Positions 36,246 to 48,842 of a DNA stretch of 64,000 nucleotides are shown piece after piece. Under the pieces are notes generated by a model that searched no databases, had not been told where the DNA came from, and saw nothing but the letters and a program-made list of their open reading frames with translations. This stretch comes from Octopus sinensis (taxonomy: Eukaryota), in assembly GCF_006345805.1 (NCBI RefSeq), contig NC_043015.1, positions 45,012,001 to 45,076,000 of the forward strand, given 5' to 3'. The position numbers and the translations under genes are program-made. Position 1 is the first letter of the stretch. Each line of letters opens with the position of its first letter.

Positions 36246-37258
36246 TGTGTGTGTGTCTCCTCCCTCACATGATAATAATTAATAAATGAATGTTGCTGTC
36301 ATTCATTTCCAATATTCTTTGAAAACATGTCAGGCCATGGGGAAATATTACCTTGCTTGGAAACTAGTGAGGGATGGCAACAAGAAGATGCATTCGTCTC
36401 TAGAAAATCTGCCTCTATAAACTCTGTCCAACGCATGCAAGCATGGAAAAGAGAACATGAAAATGACGGTGATGATGATGATGATGAATAAAATAGGGGA
36501 CAGGTTTGTTATTGGGTGGGTTCAACTGGTTATTCATGCCTATAAATTTATGGCCTTAAGTCAGTTTCAGAATTATTAGTATTCATCATCATCATCATCA
36601 TCACGATCATCCAGTGTCTATCTTCCATGCTGGCATGGGTTGGATGGGTTGACAGGAGCTGGCAAGCTTGAGAACTGCACCAGGATCCATTGTTTGTTTC
36701 GGCATGGTTTTTGTGGCTGGATGCCCTTCCGAACACCAACCACTTTACAGAGTTGACTGGGTACTTTCCGTGTAGCGCCAGCACTTGCAAGGTCACCAAG
36801 TAACTTGCAAGATCTTTTGAGAGTGAGGGGATGATATTGGAGGCAGTGGCTTTGTGCCAGGTGGTGAGAGGTTATAGTATAACAGAGGGGCAGAAACAGG
36901 TGTTTGCTGTAGAGGGGATACATGGTTACCCTAGTCAGACGAAGAGAGTGAGAGAGAGCAGGAGGAGTGAGCAAGATTGAGAGAGATGGTGGCGCTGTGA
37001 ATATAAATGGGATTATTATTACATAAGGGACAAGAATATAAATGGGATTATTATTGCTGGGAGTACAAGAGTAGAAAGTTCAGGTTGAATGCAAAACAGG
37101 GGGCGGGGTAGTGACTGGTGAAACCTGGCTGTATAGAGTCGGGACAACAAGATAGCAATGATACAGATGGCAGGGCAGGGAGGACAGGGTTGACCTGCAG
37201 GATTAGGGAGGAAGAGATGAATAAAGTATTAATTTATTCCATGTTTTCTACTTCAAAG

Positions 37259-37325
37259 GAATCCTACGAGTTATCACCTCCATCTCCAGAACGTGATATC
37301 AAACCATTTCAAAGATTTGATTCTG
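37259..37325 (+). CDS. HECT-like gene, coding exon 4
   Basis: TTTTCTACTTCAAAG|GAA TCC...TCT G|GTACGT; ESYELSPPSPERDIKPFQRFDS; phase 0 to 1, which is required to join exon 3 to exon 5 in frame. Confidence 0.7.
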
Positions 37326-38463
37326 GTACGTATCCATTATTCATCCTGATACTTTTTTTACCTCATTTTTGAAGACAATGAATTTCAGAATATCATATTA
37401 TCTTTTTGAGAATTAGTCCTAAGTAGCATCTTTTAAATTGTCTTATTTTTTTTTTCATATCTTTCGTACTTTAAATACTGCTTGAATTTTCTCCATATTT
37501 AACAATCATGAAATATATGTAGTTAGGTGCAGGTGTAGCCGTGTGGTTTAAGACCCTTGCTTCCCTACTGTATAGTTTTAGGTTCAGTCCCACTGCGCAG
37601 CACCTTGGATGCTTATTTTCGATCTTCTATGAAAACATGTCCAGTCATAGGAAAATATTACCTTGCTTAGAAACAAGCGAGGTTTGTCAATCTGACCATT
37701 GAAAAATCTACCCCAACAAGTTCTGGATCATGCAAGCAAGGAAAAATTAACATTAAAACAATGATGATGATATTTCACTTCTAAATTAGAGGTTAATAAT
37801 CTGAAAGTTTATAATCATACATGCATTGTTGTTTTAATTTTTTTTTAAATTAATTTTTTTACTTGTTTCAGTCATTGAACTGGTGGCCATGCTGGAGCAC
37901 CACCTTCAAAGGTTTAGTCAAACAAATTGATTCCAGTACCTATTTTTGAAGTCTACTACTTACCCTATCAGTCTCTTTTGACAAACTAAGCTACCTGGAC
38001 ATAAACAAACCTACACCAGTTGTCAAGTGGTTGTGGGAAAAGACACACAGTGGGTGTCATACATATATGTATATGACACACATCATCATCATTGTTAATG
38101 TTCATATTCCATACTGGGATGGGTTGGATGGTTTAACAGGAGTTCACAAGCTGCTGGAGAGCTGCACCAAGCTCCAATTGTCTGTTTTGGTGCCACATAA
38201 AAAGCCCCATGTTGATGCCACATCAAAAGCACCCGTGCTGGTGCCATGTGTAAAGAACTGGTGCTAGTTCGTCATAAAAAGCACCCAGTACACACTGTAA
38301 AGTGGTTGGCATTAGGAAAGGCATCCAGCTGTAGAAACCATGCCAAGACACACTCATATACTCATATATATATATATATATATATATATACACTTAAGGT
38401 GGTTTTAGAGTCAGATCCTGGCTGCTATTTTCAGCATGGCGGTATCTCGTAGATACCCTAAGT

Positions 38464-38509
<46 letters not shown>

Positions 38510-38826
38510 GTGGGCTTCAACATAGTTTCTGCCAGCCAAATTCACTCATGAGGCTTTCACAGACACAAGGTTATAGGAGAAGACACTTGCTCAATGTACC
38601 AGGCAGTGGGACTGAACCTGAAACCACCCAGTTGGAAAGCAAGCTTTTTAACCACACAGCATACCATTAAATTTTTTTTTTTACATCTTAGTTGTTACTG
38701 TCAGGCTTTTGTTTTATACTCTTGCACTAGTTCCATTTATTTTCTATTCTCTGATTGATTTAATATTTAGATGTTCCAGTTGTATCTAATTTCGAATTTT
38801 AATTTCTCTTATTTTCTTTTGCACAG

Positions 38827-39890
38827 AAAATTCTGAATTATTTCAAAGAATTTCCCTCATAAAGCAAACTCTTTCCGAAACGAGAAACTTGAAGATGGAT
38901 AAAAGGTCTATCGTTGGAAATCTGTTGGAGTTGTATCGTGCTGAGCATACCATCTGTAACTATGACATCCGGGTCACATTTAACAATGACCCCAATCTCA
39001 CTTTATCGAACGATCCATCATTTCAAACACGTCACATGTTTTGTATATTCTGGAAGAAAATTTTCAACAATAATTTCGTCGGAAATGAAGAATACTATCC
39101 AGTCATAAGTCCCGAGGCTGAAGACGATATGTTTGAAATTCTCGGCCGCATTCTCGCTCATGGATTAATATTATGTAACTATTGGCCTATCCAGTTTGCT
39201 GTGGCATCAGCCACCTACATGCTCTGTCAAGGCTGCTCTGATGAGCTCATTTTGAAATCATTCACCAATTGCCTCAGTGGATTTGAGCAGAGGATTGTCA
39301 TGTCAGCCCTAAAGGAATCTCGTTCCCAAATTGGAGAACCAACTTTCTCTTCCACTCTAGAAACCAATTTATCAGCATTTCTATGGACTAACGGTTGTCA
39401 ATTAGACCGACCTGGTCAGCTTCCTGGTATTTTGTTAAGCATAGCCAGAAGTTACCTTATATACCAACCATACTGGGCACTTGTGAAGCTGAAAAAAGGA
39501 ATGGAACACTGCAGCAATAAAGTATTCAAAGATTGTTCTGAAAGCGATGTTGAAAATTTATACAAAACATTAACACCTGAAGCATCTCAAATTTGCAAAT
39601 TAATCAAGTATGAGTTTAGTCAAGAAGAATCTCACCAGGAAATTGAGAAAACATTACAGACTTACTTAGAAAAATTACTTTGGGAAATGTCATTAGTTGA
39701 ACTTGCAAACTTGTTACAATTGTGGACTGGTGTGAACTGCTTGTCACAACAAACTTTGTTTGTGAAATTTGTGAACACTTCAGATCAGTTGCTGTTTCAG
39801 AATCATAAATCTCTGCTCCGAATCCCTCGCAAAATACAGACATTTAAAGAATTTACAGAATCCATTCAATTACTTCTGGATGGAACATGA
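38827..39890 (+). CDS. HECT-like gene, coding exon 5: HECT-like domain without the catalytic Cys
   Basis: TTTTGCACAG|AA AAT...; HECT-like landmarks IRVTF, FWKKIF..FVG.EEYYP, ILGRILAHG, IA...LIYQP, LYKTLTP, LLQLWTG, LLRIP...F; stop TGA 39888-39890. Spliced CDS 3114 nt = 1037 aa. Confidence 0.85.
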
Positions 39891-41847
39891 TAAATTCTGT
39901 TTGCATGAGGGAGGAAAAAGATTACCTATTCATTTATATACATACACACATACATATACATATATATATATATACACATGTTTATTTTCTCCTTTCATAG
40001 ATTTTTCTTTATTAGAAATGAAGATAAATCTCAGCTATTTTTGTTGTCTTCTTTTATTTAAAAAGGTTGGTCTGATTGTTGTTATCGATATGAAAGTTGC
40101 CACCAGATGTAAACCGATAATTTAAATTACAATTATTTTTGAAATGTAACCTTGCCAATTCCCTTTGAATAATTCAAAAGGAAAGAGGTCCGTAAACTAG
40201 TTCCACACTAAGACATCAACTGAAAATGCATGTGCTCCATCTACCACATTCACTATGACCTTGTATGTATTAACCATTATCACCACCACCATCATCATCA
40301 TCATATAAAACAGTAATAATAATCTGCAAAGAAACATTAGGTTGTCTCAAAAATGCTTAAGGAACCAGCACCAGACTGGATGCTTTTTAGGATCTAGTTT
40401 GGTACCCATCAAAGCTAAAATCGTTCCTTCCATCTATACTTAATAAAACAGCCAATCAGTATTTATGTACTTCTTACTGACAAAGTCCTTATGCTTAACC
40501 AAAGGAGATCATAATTTTGATCATTCATAATTGTTTTAATTTCAATACTCTCTCGTTCTCTCTCATGTTTCTCTCCATCAACAGCAATCTAATCATTGCA
40601 TCAATTGTACAGAGATATAAGATGTCTATCAGCACAACAAAACACCATACTGTGTAGCCAAGTGTATCACACATTTTCAAGTTTCAGCTTTCTGTTAAAA
40701 GCCATTTCACCACAGATACAAAACTACTATTGAGAAATAATGCACAATTTTCATCATTTTTTTTTTTTACTTTCCCTAAGAATATAGGTTTATATGATAA
40801 ACCTATAATTCATAATAAGCCAATATACATATACCAAGACACAATATTGGTTGTAATATAACCACTAAGTCAACATTGTTTGTAATACCATTGCTAGTTC
40901 AGTAATACAACTAATTTGTTCAATTTTTGCTAAAATTGATTCCATTTTCCATCCTTCATGGGGAGGGTTTATAAAATAAGCACCAGTCATATATTAAAAT
41001 CAGGTCAGTTTCTCCCTGTCTTTCTAAAAAGTATTGTGCCTTGTTGAAAGAAATTGATAATTCAGATAGAAGTGGATATAATCATCATCATCATTATTTA
41101 ATGTTCACTTTTCCAAGCTTGCATGGGTCAGACGAAATTTGCTGAGACAGACTTTCTATGTCAGATGCCAGATACCCTTCCTGTCACCAACTGTCACCTG
41201 TTTCCAATCAATATTATTTTCCCTTTGCTAAACATTGTTTTTCATAGAAGACTGAAATAAACAACTTCATTTGTACGACAACAAGGCCTGTTTACAACCA
41301 TCACGGTTATCTAGACAAGGACATACACACACACACACTTCTTTCATTTTCCATCTATAAAGTTCACTCACCAAGCCTTGGTCAGTTTGGGATTAAAGTA
41401 GAAGACTTGCTGAAGGTGCTGTGCAGTGGGACTGAACCCAAGACCACATGGTTGGGAAGCAAGCTTCTTAACCACACAACTATGCTTGCACCTATTAGGA
41501 ATGTAACAAAATAACTTCACAGAGGTTGAAGTGGGTTTTTTTTTAATGATTTAGTATGTAGGAAGGGGCCTTTGCAGGCTCTCCTGCACCTGTGAGACTA
41601 TTATCATTAATGTCATCTTCGAATCTTAATAAGTCAACACCTCAACACCTGAGAGAAAGATGAACCGTGAAGGATTTCCAGAGGGAAGACATTCTGAGAA
41701 GGAAAGATTGGGTGTACTGAGTAGTACCAGGTCTAGGGGTGGAGGTGAACACAGTATGGGTGGAGAGACAAGTAGGACAAGAATGTCTCCAAGACTTCTT
41801 GAAAGTTTATAAAATAAGTGCTCAGTATAAAGACTATTATAGTCATA

Positions 41848-42245
41848 ATCATCATCATCGTTTAACGTCCGCTTTCCATGCTAGCATGAGTTGGACGATT
41901 TGACTGAGGTCTGGCGAACCAGATGGCTACACCGGACTCCATTCTGATCTGGTAGAGTTTCCACAGCTGGATGCCCTTCCTAACGCCAACCACTCCGAGA
42001 GTGTAGTGGGTGCTTTTATGTGCCACCGGCACAAGGGCCAATCAGGCGGTACTGGCAACGGCCACACTCAAATGGTGCTTTTTATGTGCCACCTGCACAG
42101 GAACCAGTCCAGCGGTACTGGCAACGACCTAGCTCGAATGTTTTTTCACCTGCCACCAGCACAAGTGCCAGTAAGGCAACGCAGGTAATGATCATGCTTG
42201 AATGGTGTTTTTTACGTGCCATCGGCACAGAGGCCAGCCTGTTGC
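41848..42245 (-). mobile_element. RTE-LINE 3' end (family B)
   Basis: (CAT)n tail and three TTTTA(T/C)GTGCCA sub-repeats. Confidence 0.8.
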
Positions 42246-42320
42246 TCTGGCAAATAATAGAAAAAGGCAAAAGGAGAGAGGAAACATAGCATGGTGTAGG
42301 CCAGAGGCTGAAGGATGTCT

Positions 42321-42682
42321 ACTCTTTACTCTTTTACTTGTTTCAGTCATTTGACTGCGGCCATGCTAGAGCATCGCCTTTAGTCGAGCAAATCGACCCC
42401 GGGACTTATTCTCTGTAAGCCCAGTACTTATTCTATCCCGCTAAGTAACAGGGACGTAAACACACCAGCATCGGTTGTCAAGCAATGCTAGGGGGACAAA
42501 CACACACACATACATATATACGACAGGCTTCTTTCAGTTTCCATCTACCAAATCCACTCACAAGGCATTGGTCGGCCCGGGGCTATAGCAGAAGACACTT
42601 GCCCAAGATGCCATGCAGCGGGACTGAACCCAGAACCATGTGGTTGGTTAGCAAGCTACTTACACACAGCCACTCCTGCGCC
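42321..42682 (-). mobile_element. SINE family A
   Basis: Reverse-complement match. Confidence 0.8.
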
Positions 42683-42945
42683 TGTCTGTTTATAACTTTA
42701 TGCAAAAAAAAAGTCTAGGATGGCTACTCCATTGTGGGCCTCAATTGAGCTTTGAAGAATATCAGTAATTGTTAGGAGCTAAAGTATCTTCTTCTGACTT
42801 GAAGAGAAGAGCCAGTCCTCGGTATGTTTAAATCCTGGCAGAATTAGCTTGATGTGTTTTTCACTACATCCCACTACCAAACTTGATAAACGAGCAAGTA
42901 GTTAAATACTGATTTAATTCACTGCACCCTCTGGCAAGAAAGGTA

Positions 42946-42988
<43 letters not shown>

Positions 42989-43230
42989 TGCCAAAAGAAA
43001 TCAATGTTTTATCAGAACATGTATAACCAGAGCGATGGTTATACATGTTCTGATAAAACATTGATTTCTTTTGGCACAAAAGTGTTTATTGGTAAAGTCA
43101 ACCACAATATATGAAATATGAATCGTATCTTGACCAAATGTAGAACATCTACTTTAGACCAACATCATCTTTCTCTTCAGAGGTCTTACATTATTGTTTT
43201 AAATTTTTAAAAAATTGTTATCCAGGGTTA

Positions 43231-43440
43231 CTCTCTTTACTCTTTTACTTGTTTCAGTCATTTGACTGTGGCCATGCCGGAGCACCGCCTTTAGTCGGGC
43301 AAATTGACCCCAGGATTTATTCTTTGTAAGCCTAGTACTTATTCTATCGGTCTCTTTTGCCGAACCACTAAGTTACGGAGACGTAAACACACCAGCATCG
43401 GTTGTCAAGCGATGTTGGGGAGACAAGCACAGACACATAA

Positions 43441-43475
<35 letters not shown>

Positions 43476-43487
43476 CACACACACAAT

Positions 43488-43560
<73 letters not shown>

Positions 43561-43767
43561 CATATATCATCATCATCATCATCGTTTAACGTCCGCTTTC
43601 CATGCTAGCATGGGTTGGACGGTTCAACTGGGGTCTGGCAAGCTCGAAGGCTGCACCAGGCCAGTCAGATCTGGCAGTGTTTCTACAGCTGGATGCCCTT
43701 CCTAACGCCAACCACTCCGAGAGTGTAGTGGGTGATTTTATGTGCCACCGACACAGGTGCCATATAT

Positions 43768-43830
<63 letters not shown>

Positions 43831-44520
43831 CGAGCAAACCCCCCCCCCCCGTCCAATGGACGGTGCTGAGTTGTCAAACATTTAAACCAAATTTTCTCAA
43901 AACAACTTGTCCCTTTGAGAAACACTGATTTAACCTAAATTTGAGACAGCAGCAAAAGAAGAAATAAAGATAGACTTCCTTCCTTCATGCCAAGTTTGAA
44001 GAGAATATCTCTTTTGCATCTTACTTTTTTGGTCTCTTAAATATACTGCATTTTGTGGCATTATTTCAAGCCAGCCGGACTTTTTTGTGCAAACAGCACA
44101 TGCATTTTTCTCGCGTACGCATAGTATCGATCGCAACAGCTGATGTGCTTGCGCGTATAAATGCACGTTCCCACAGCTTTATTGATCGCATTCTCACCTG
44201 GAATCGATTTTCGTAATTTTTTCAAGACTTGTACACACCCTGATACCATCGGTATCTACATATCAAATTTGAGCACAATCGGATGGAGGATGCCCGAGAT
44301 CCTAGAAGACACACACCCAGACAGACAGACAACAGATTTTATATAATAGATATACATATTTATGACAGGCTTCTTTCAGTTTCCGTCTACCAAATTCACT
44401 CACAAGGCTTTGGTCGGCCCAAGACTACAGTAGAAGACACTTACCTAAGGTGCCACACAGTGGGACTGAACCCAGAATCATGTGGTTTGGAAGCAAGCTT
44501 CTTACCATTCAGCTACATCT
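43231..44520 (-). mobile_element. SINE family A split by nested insertions (family B at 43567-43760; Helitron-like ~43950-44350)
   Basis: 3' half at 43231-43445 and 5' half at 44363-44520 in the same orientation; Helitron 5' end A|TCTATTATATAAAATCTG on the minus strand at 44350. Confidence 0.65.
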
Positions 44521-44674
44521 GTGCCTATATTGTTTCATTTCAAAATATCAGGAACTATTGTCAGGGAGAAAACAACAAAGAAATCTTTACCTGTTTTATC
44601 CTTCAGCTTTCAGATTAATCTGCCAAATGCAATGTTTATTTCTTCACGTTGCTTTGAATTAATAATGCATTATA

Positions 44675-45020
44675 CTTTTACCTGTTTCAGTCATTTGACT
44701 GAGGCCATGCTAGAGCATCACCTTTAGTCGAGCAAATCGACCCCAGGACTTATTCATTGTAGGCCAAGCACTTATTTTATTGGTCTCATGTCAAATTGCT
44801 AAGTTACTGGGACGTAAACACACCAGCATCTGTTGTCAAGTGATGTTGGGGAGACAGACAGACACACACACACACACATATATATACGACAGGCTTCTTT
44901 CAGTTTCCATCTAACAACTCCACTTGGTTGGCTCGAGACTATAGTAGAAGATACTTGCCCAACATGCCATGCAGTGGGACTGAACCCAGAACCATGTACT
45001 TGGTAAGCAAGCAACTCCTG
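44675..45020 (-). mobile_element. SINE family A
   Basis: Reverse-complement match. Confidence 0.75.
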
Positions 45021-45440
45021 TACCTATTATCTCATAGTTTGGGGATTTCAAAGGCATAAGTGTTGATTCTTAGCATGTAGGTGTGAAAGGCCAGATCTGG
45101 CCAGTTTGAACATAAACAGGTAGACCATAGGGACCAGATATGGCCAGTTTAAAAGCTAGATGGTTAATTCCTATCCTGAAATCCAAGCCTTTTATTGATG
45201 TAGTGAGAGTAGAATGCTCAGCTAATTTAATTCTTACTTCTCACCAAGATCAACTTATCTGTCATCCTTTCTGGTTCAAGCAACAGAGCCCTTGACCTTG
45301 TGAGAATGTAAAAAAACAGAAAACTGCTATACAGGTATGTCCTGGTGATCAGGTATCGTAGGGGAGACAATTCTTTCTAGATCAATTAAAGGTAGAATTT
45401 GTGGTTTGAATTTTAAATCAAAAACCAATGAATAAGGTGT

Positions 45441-45815
45441 ACTCTTTTACTTGTTTCAGTCATTTGACTGCGGCCATACTGGCGCACCACCTGTAGTCAA
45501 GGAAATCAACACCAGGACTTATTCTTTGTAAGCCTAGTACTTACTCTATCGGTCTCTTTTGCCGAACCGCTAAGTTACAGGAACGTAAACACACTAGCAT
45601 CAGTTGTCAAGCGATGTTGGTGGGGACAAACACAGACACACACTCATATATATGATGGGCTTCTTTCAGTTTCCATTTACCAAATCCACTCACAAGGCTT
45701 TTGTCGGCCGAGGCTATAGTAAGAAGGCACTTGTCCAAGGTGCCACACAGTAGGACTGAACCCGGAACCATGTGGTTGGTAAGCAAGCTACTTACCACAC
45801 AGCCACACCTGTACC
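45441..45815 (-). mobile_element. SINE family A
   Basis: Reverse-complement match. Confidence 0.8.
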
Positions 45816-46004
45816 TATGTGTACTGAATATATACAATGAATAATTTTTTGTCTTACACATTACAAAAACCTTAAAATTTTCAATTGTTAGTAGTCATAT
45901 ATAGTACCATTTCATCCTTATTTGAAACTGTCAGCTTGGCATAAACTGAGACAAATAAATTCCACTAAATTAAACATTTTAGAAAGCTAAACACATCTTC
46001 TTTG

Positions 46005-46535
46005 GCTCCAAAATAAATCGAGATGGTGACTGCACTCCAGAAATAAGACGGCGGATAGTACTAGGCAGAGAGGCAATGGTCAGTATGAGCAGGGTCTGGA
46101 AGAGTAGAGACATCAGACTCGCTACCAAATGCAGATTGGTGAATGCAATTGTCTTCCCAATAGCAACATATGGATGCGAGACCTGGACAAAAAAGAGAAG
46201 TAATGCATTTGAGCTTTGGTGTTGGAGAAGACTTTTACGGATTCCATGGACAGCGAGGCTCACCAATGGAGAAAATGCCGCTAGAAGCTAGGATCAACAA
46301 GCATAGATTGGCATATTTCGGTCATATTATGCAGAGAAAATCCCTGGAGAAGGACATCATGCTCGGAATGGTTAGTGGCAAGAGAGGAAGAGGCCAACCA
46401 AGAACCCGCTGGCTTGACACCATCAAGAGTGATACCGGAATGGACATAGCCAATCTGAAAGAAGTGGCCCAGGATAGAACTGACTGGAGGACACTGATCC
46501 AACGAGTGATCGAGAGTTGACCTCGACTGAGCGAA
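46005..46535 (+). mobile_element. RTE (BovB-like) LINE 3' fragment
   Basis: VWKSRDIRLATKCRLVNAIVFPIATYGCETWT...YFGHIMQR.SLEKDIMLG...GRGQPRTRWLD. Confidence 0.85.
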
Positions 46536-46599
46536 TAGAGAGAGACACACAGTGCTTCTAGAACTTGAGTTTCGCTGAGGTGGGCAGGTCCTCTCAAGA

Positions 46600-47220
46600 A
46601 TTTCATACCACCGGACATCTTAGTCCATTGTTATTTCCTCCATGAGGCCCAACTTCCTGAGATCGGTCCTTACCACTTCATCTCACACTTTCCTACGTCT
46701 CCCTCTTCCATAGGTACCTTCTACTTTCAGTGATAGGCACTTCTTTATGCAGCTGTCCTCGTTCATATGCATCACATGTCCAAACCAACGTAGTCTTCTC
46801 TCTTGCATGCTATATTTGATTCCTCCTTTGCCCAACTTTTCTCTCAATACATTTGCACTTTGCCGTACATGTGCACCAATGTTGCACACCCAGCAGAGCA
46901 TACTACCTTCGTTTTTCTTCAGTCTACGCATGTCTTCTGCATTCAGAACCCATATCTCATTACCATGGAATATAGTTTACCTTTCACTCTGAGAGAGAGA
47001 GTCTTTTGTTGCCAACAGGGGTAATTACTCTCTGAATTTCCTCCAACCAATTCTTATTCTAGAAACAATACTTTCAGAGCATCCTCCACCATTGCTTATT
47101 TGGTCACCAAGGTAACAGAAACTATCAACAACTTCAAGAGAGCCTCCTGGGCATTTGAGAGAACCTAATTCACCTGTGCTCTTAGTGCTTTTTGTTCCTG
47201 CACATCTACCACATACAAAG
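46600..47220 (-). mobile_element. RTE LINE fragment (same family as 21660..23060)
   Basis: MRRLKKNEGSMLCWVCN...RRLRWFGHVMHM. Confidence 0.8.
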
Positions 47221-47247
47221 GACTACTTATATATATATATATATATA

Positions 47248-47590
47248 TTGGTGGCACATAAAAAGTACCATCTGAACATGGCCGATGCCAGCACTGCCTT
47301 GATTCGCTTCTATGCCGGTTGCATGTGACCTGCTGTGCTTGAGGAGACCTACTGAGTCAAGTACATCAACATCAAAATAAATATCAAATGGAAATTGTAG
47401 TTGTGATCTCTGTGCCAGTGACACGTAAAAAGCACCCACTACACTCATGGAGTGGTTGGCATTAGGAAGGGCATCCAGCTGTAGAAACACTGCCAGATCA
47501 AACTGGAGCCTGGTGCAGCCTCCTGGCTTCCCAGACCCCGGTCGAACCGTCCAACCTGTGCTAGCACGGAAAACGGACGTTAAACGATGA
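47248..47590 (+). mobile_element. RTE-LINE 3' end (family B)
   Basis: Ends GAAAACGGACGTTAAACGATGA. Confidence 0.8.
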
Positions 47591-47798
47591 TATATATATA
47601 TATATACACACATTAAATTAATAATTATATAAAGGGAGCAAGGGGGAAACTCCTTTTTGCCTTGCTCCCTTAATATAATTACATACACATAATTATTAAT
47701 GTATAACTTACCTATAAATTTTTATTGCATGCTGACTACCCGATAAAAATTATTAACATGATTTTATCCTTATATTCTATTCTAGCATGAACTAATAT

Positions 47799-47831
<33 letters not shown>

Positions 47832-48166
47832 ATATATATATATATTATATATATATATATATATACATGCATATATATATGTTAGTAGTCTTTAAGGTTT
47901 GATGTCAAAAGAATAAAAGAAATTGATGGAATTTCAGGTGAAAAATATTTTGGCACATTTTATTTTCAATACATTCTTGCAGCCAACAACATACACACAT
48001 CTTTAGTCAAGGATAAAACAAACAATAATTTTGATAGTAGATTTATATATACATAAATTTGATGTGGATAAAGTTATATTACAACTCTGTGGTGATTCAT
48101 GATTATAACAGACCATTAACTTTGTCAAACAATAAGACAATTAGATATCTGTTTGGCAGCTGTAGA

Positions 48167-48205
<39 letters not shown>

Positions 48206-48210
<5 letters not shown>

Positions 48211-48417
48211 TAATAAAGGGTTAATTGCAACAAGTTGCTCAAAACCACATACCGAAAATATTAGAAATAGCAGCCAAATAGGTCACAAACCCACATACCA
48301 AAAATATTAGAAATAGCAGCCAAATAGGTCACCATTACTACTAGTAGTAGTAATGGTGACCTATTTGGCTGCTATTGTTGTAATTAACTTGTTGTAATTA
48401 ACCCTTTATTATAATTA
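48206..48417. repeat. Fold-back element with outer 32-bp inverted repeats and an inner 64-bp palindrome
   Basis: TAATTATAATAAAGGGTTAATTGCAACAAGTT / AACTTGTTGTAATTAACCCTTTATTATAATTA; inner AATAGCAGCCAAATAGGTCACCATTACTACT-agt-AGTAGTAATGGTGACCTATTTGGCTGCTATT. Confidence 0.85.
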
Positions 48418-48842
48418 ATATAATCCTTACCGAATATGGTCATTTCCATACCGAAAAAAACTACTAGGTGAAATTTATTCATTTTATTAAGTTAATTATA
48501 TTTCACCCTTTATTTGTGTGTGTATATATATATATATATATATACATACATACATGAATGCTGTACAGTGGCCAGATTATGATAGGGGATATTTAGGTGG
48601 TACAATTAAGAATTATTTTTTTTCGTATGGCTATTGTTGATTGATTCTGGGCTATATATTACCTTTGTGCTGCTGCTCAAACTGGTGGTAATTGCAGCCA
48701 AATCTACTAACAATCACACCTATCTTAAAGAGCAACAAAAATTCCTATCGATCTGAGGTAATCAATCACTCACTCTAGATTTAAAGCAACCAAAAATGAA
48801 CAAAATTGAAGCAAAAACTTTTATTTCGATGCTGTTATTATC

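Noticed and set aside
45253-45300. Possible minus-strand exon (SRALLLEPERMTDKLIL) and a donor-like site near 50278
   Set aside because: Splice-like signals only, with no recognisable protein or compatible partner exons.
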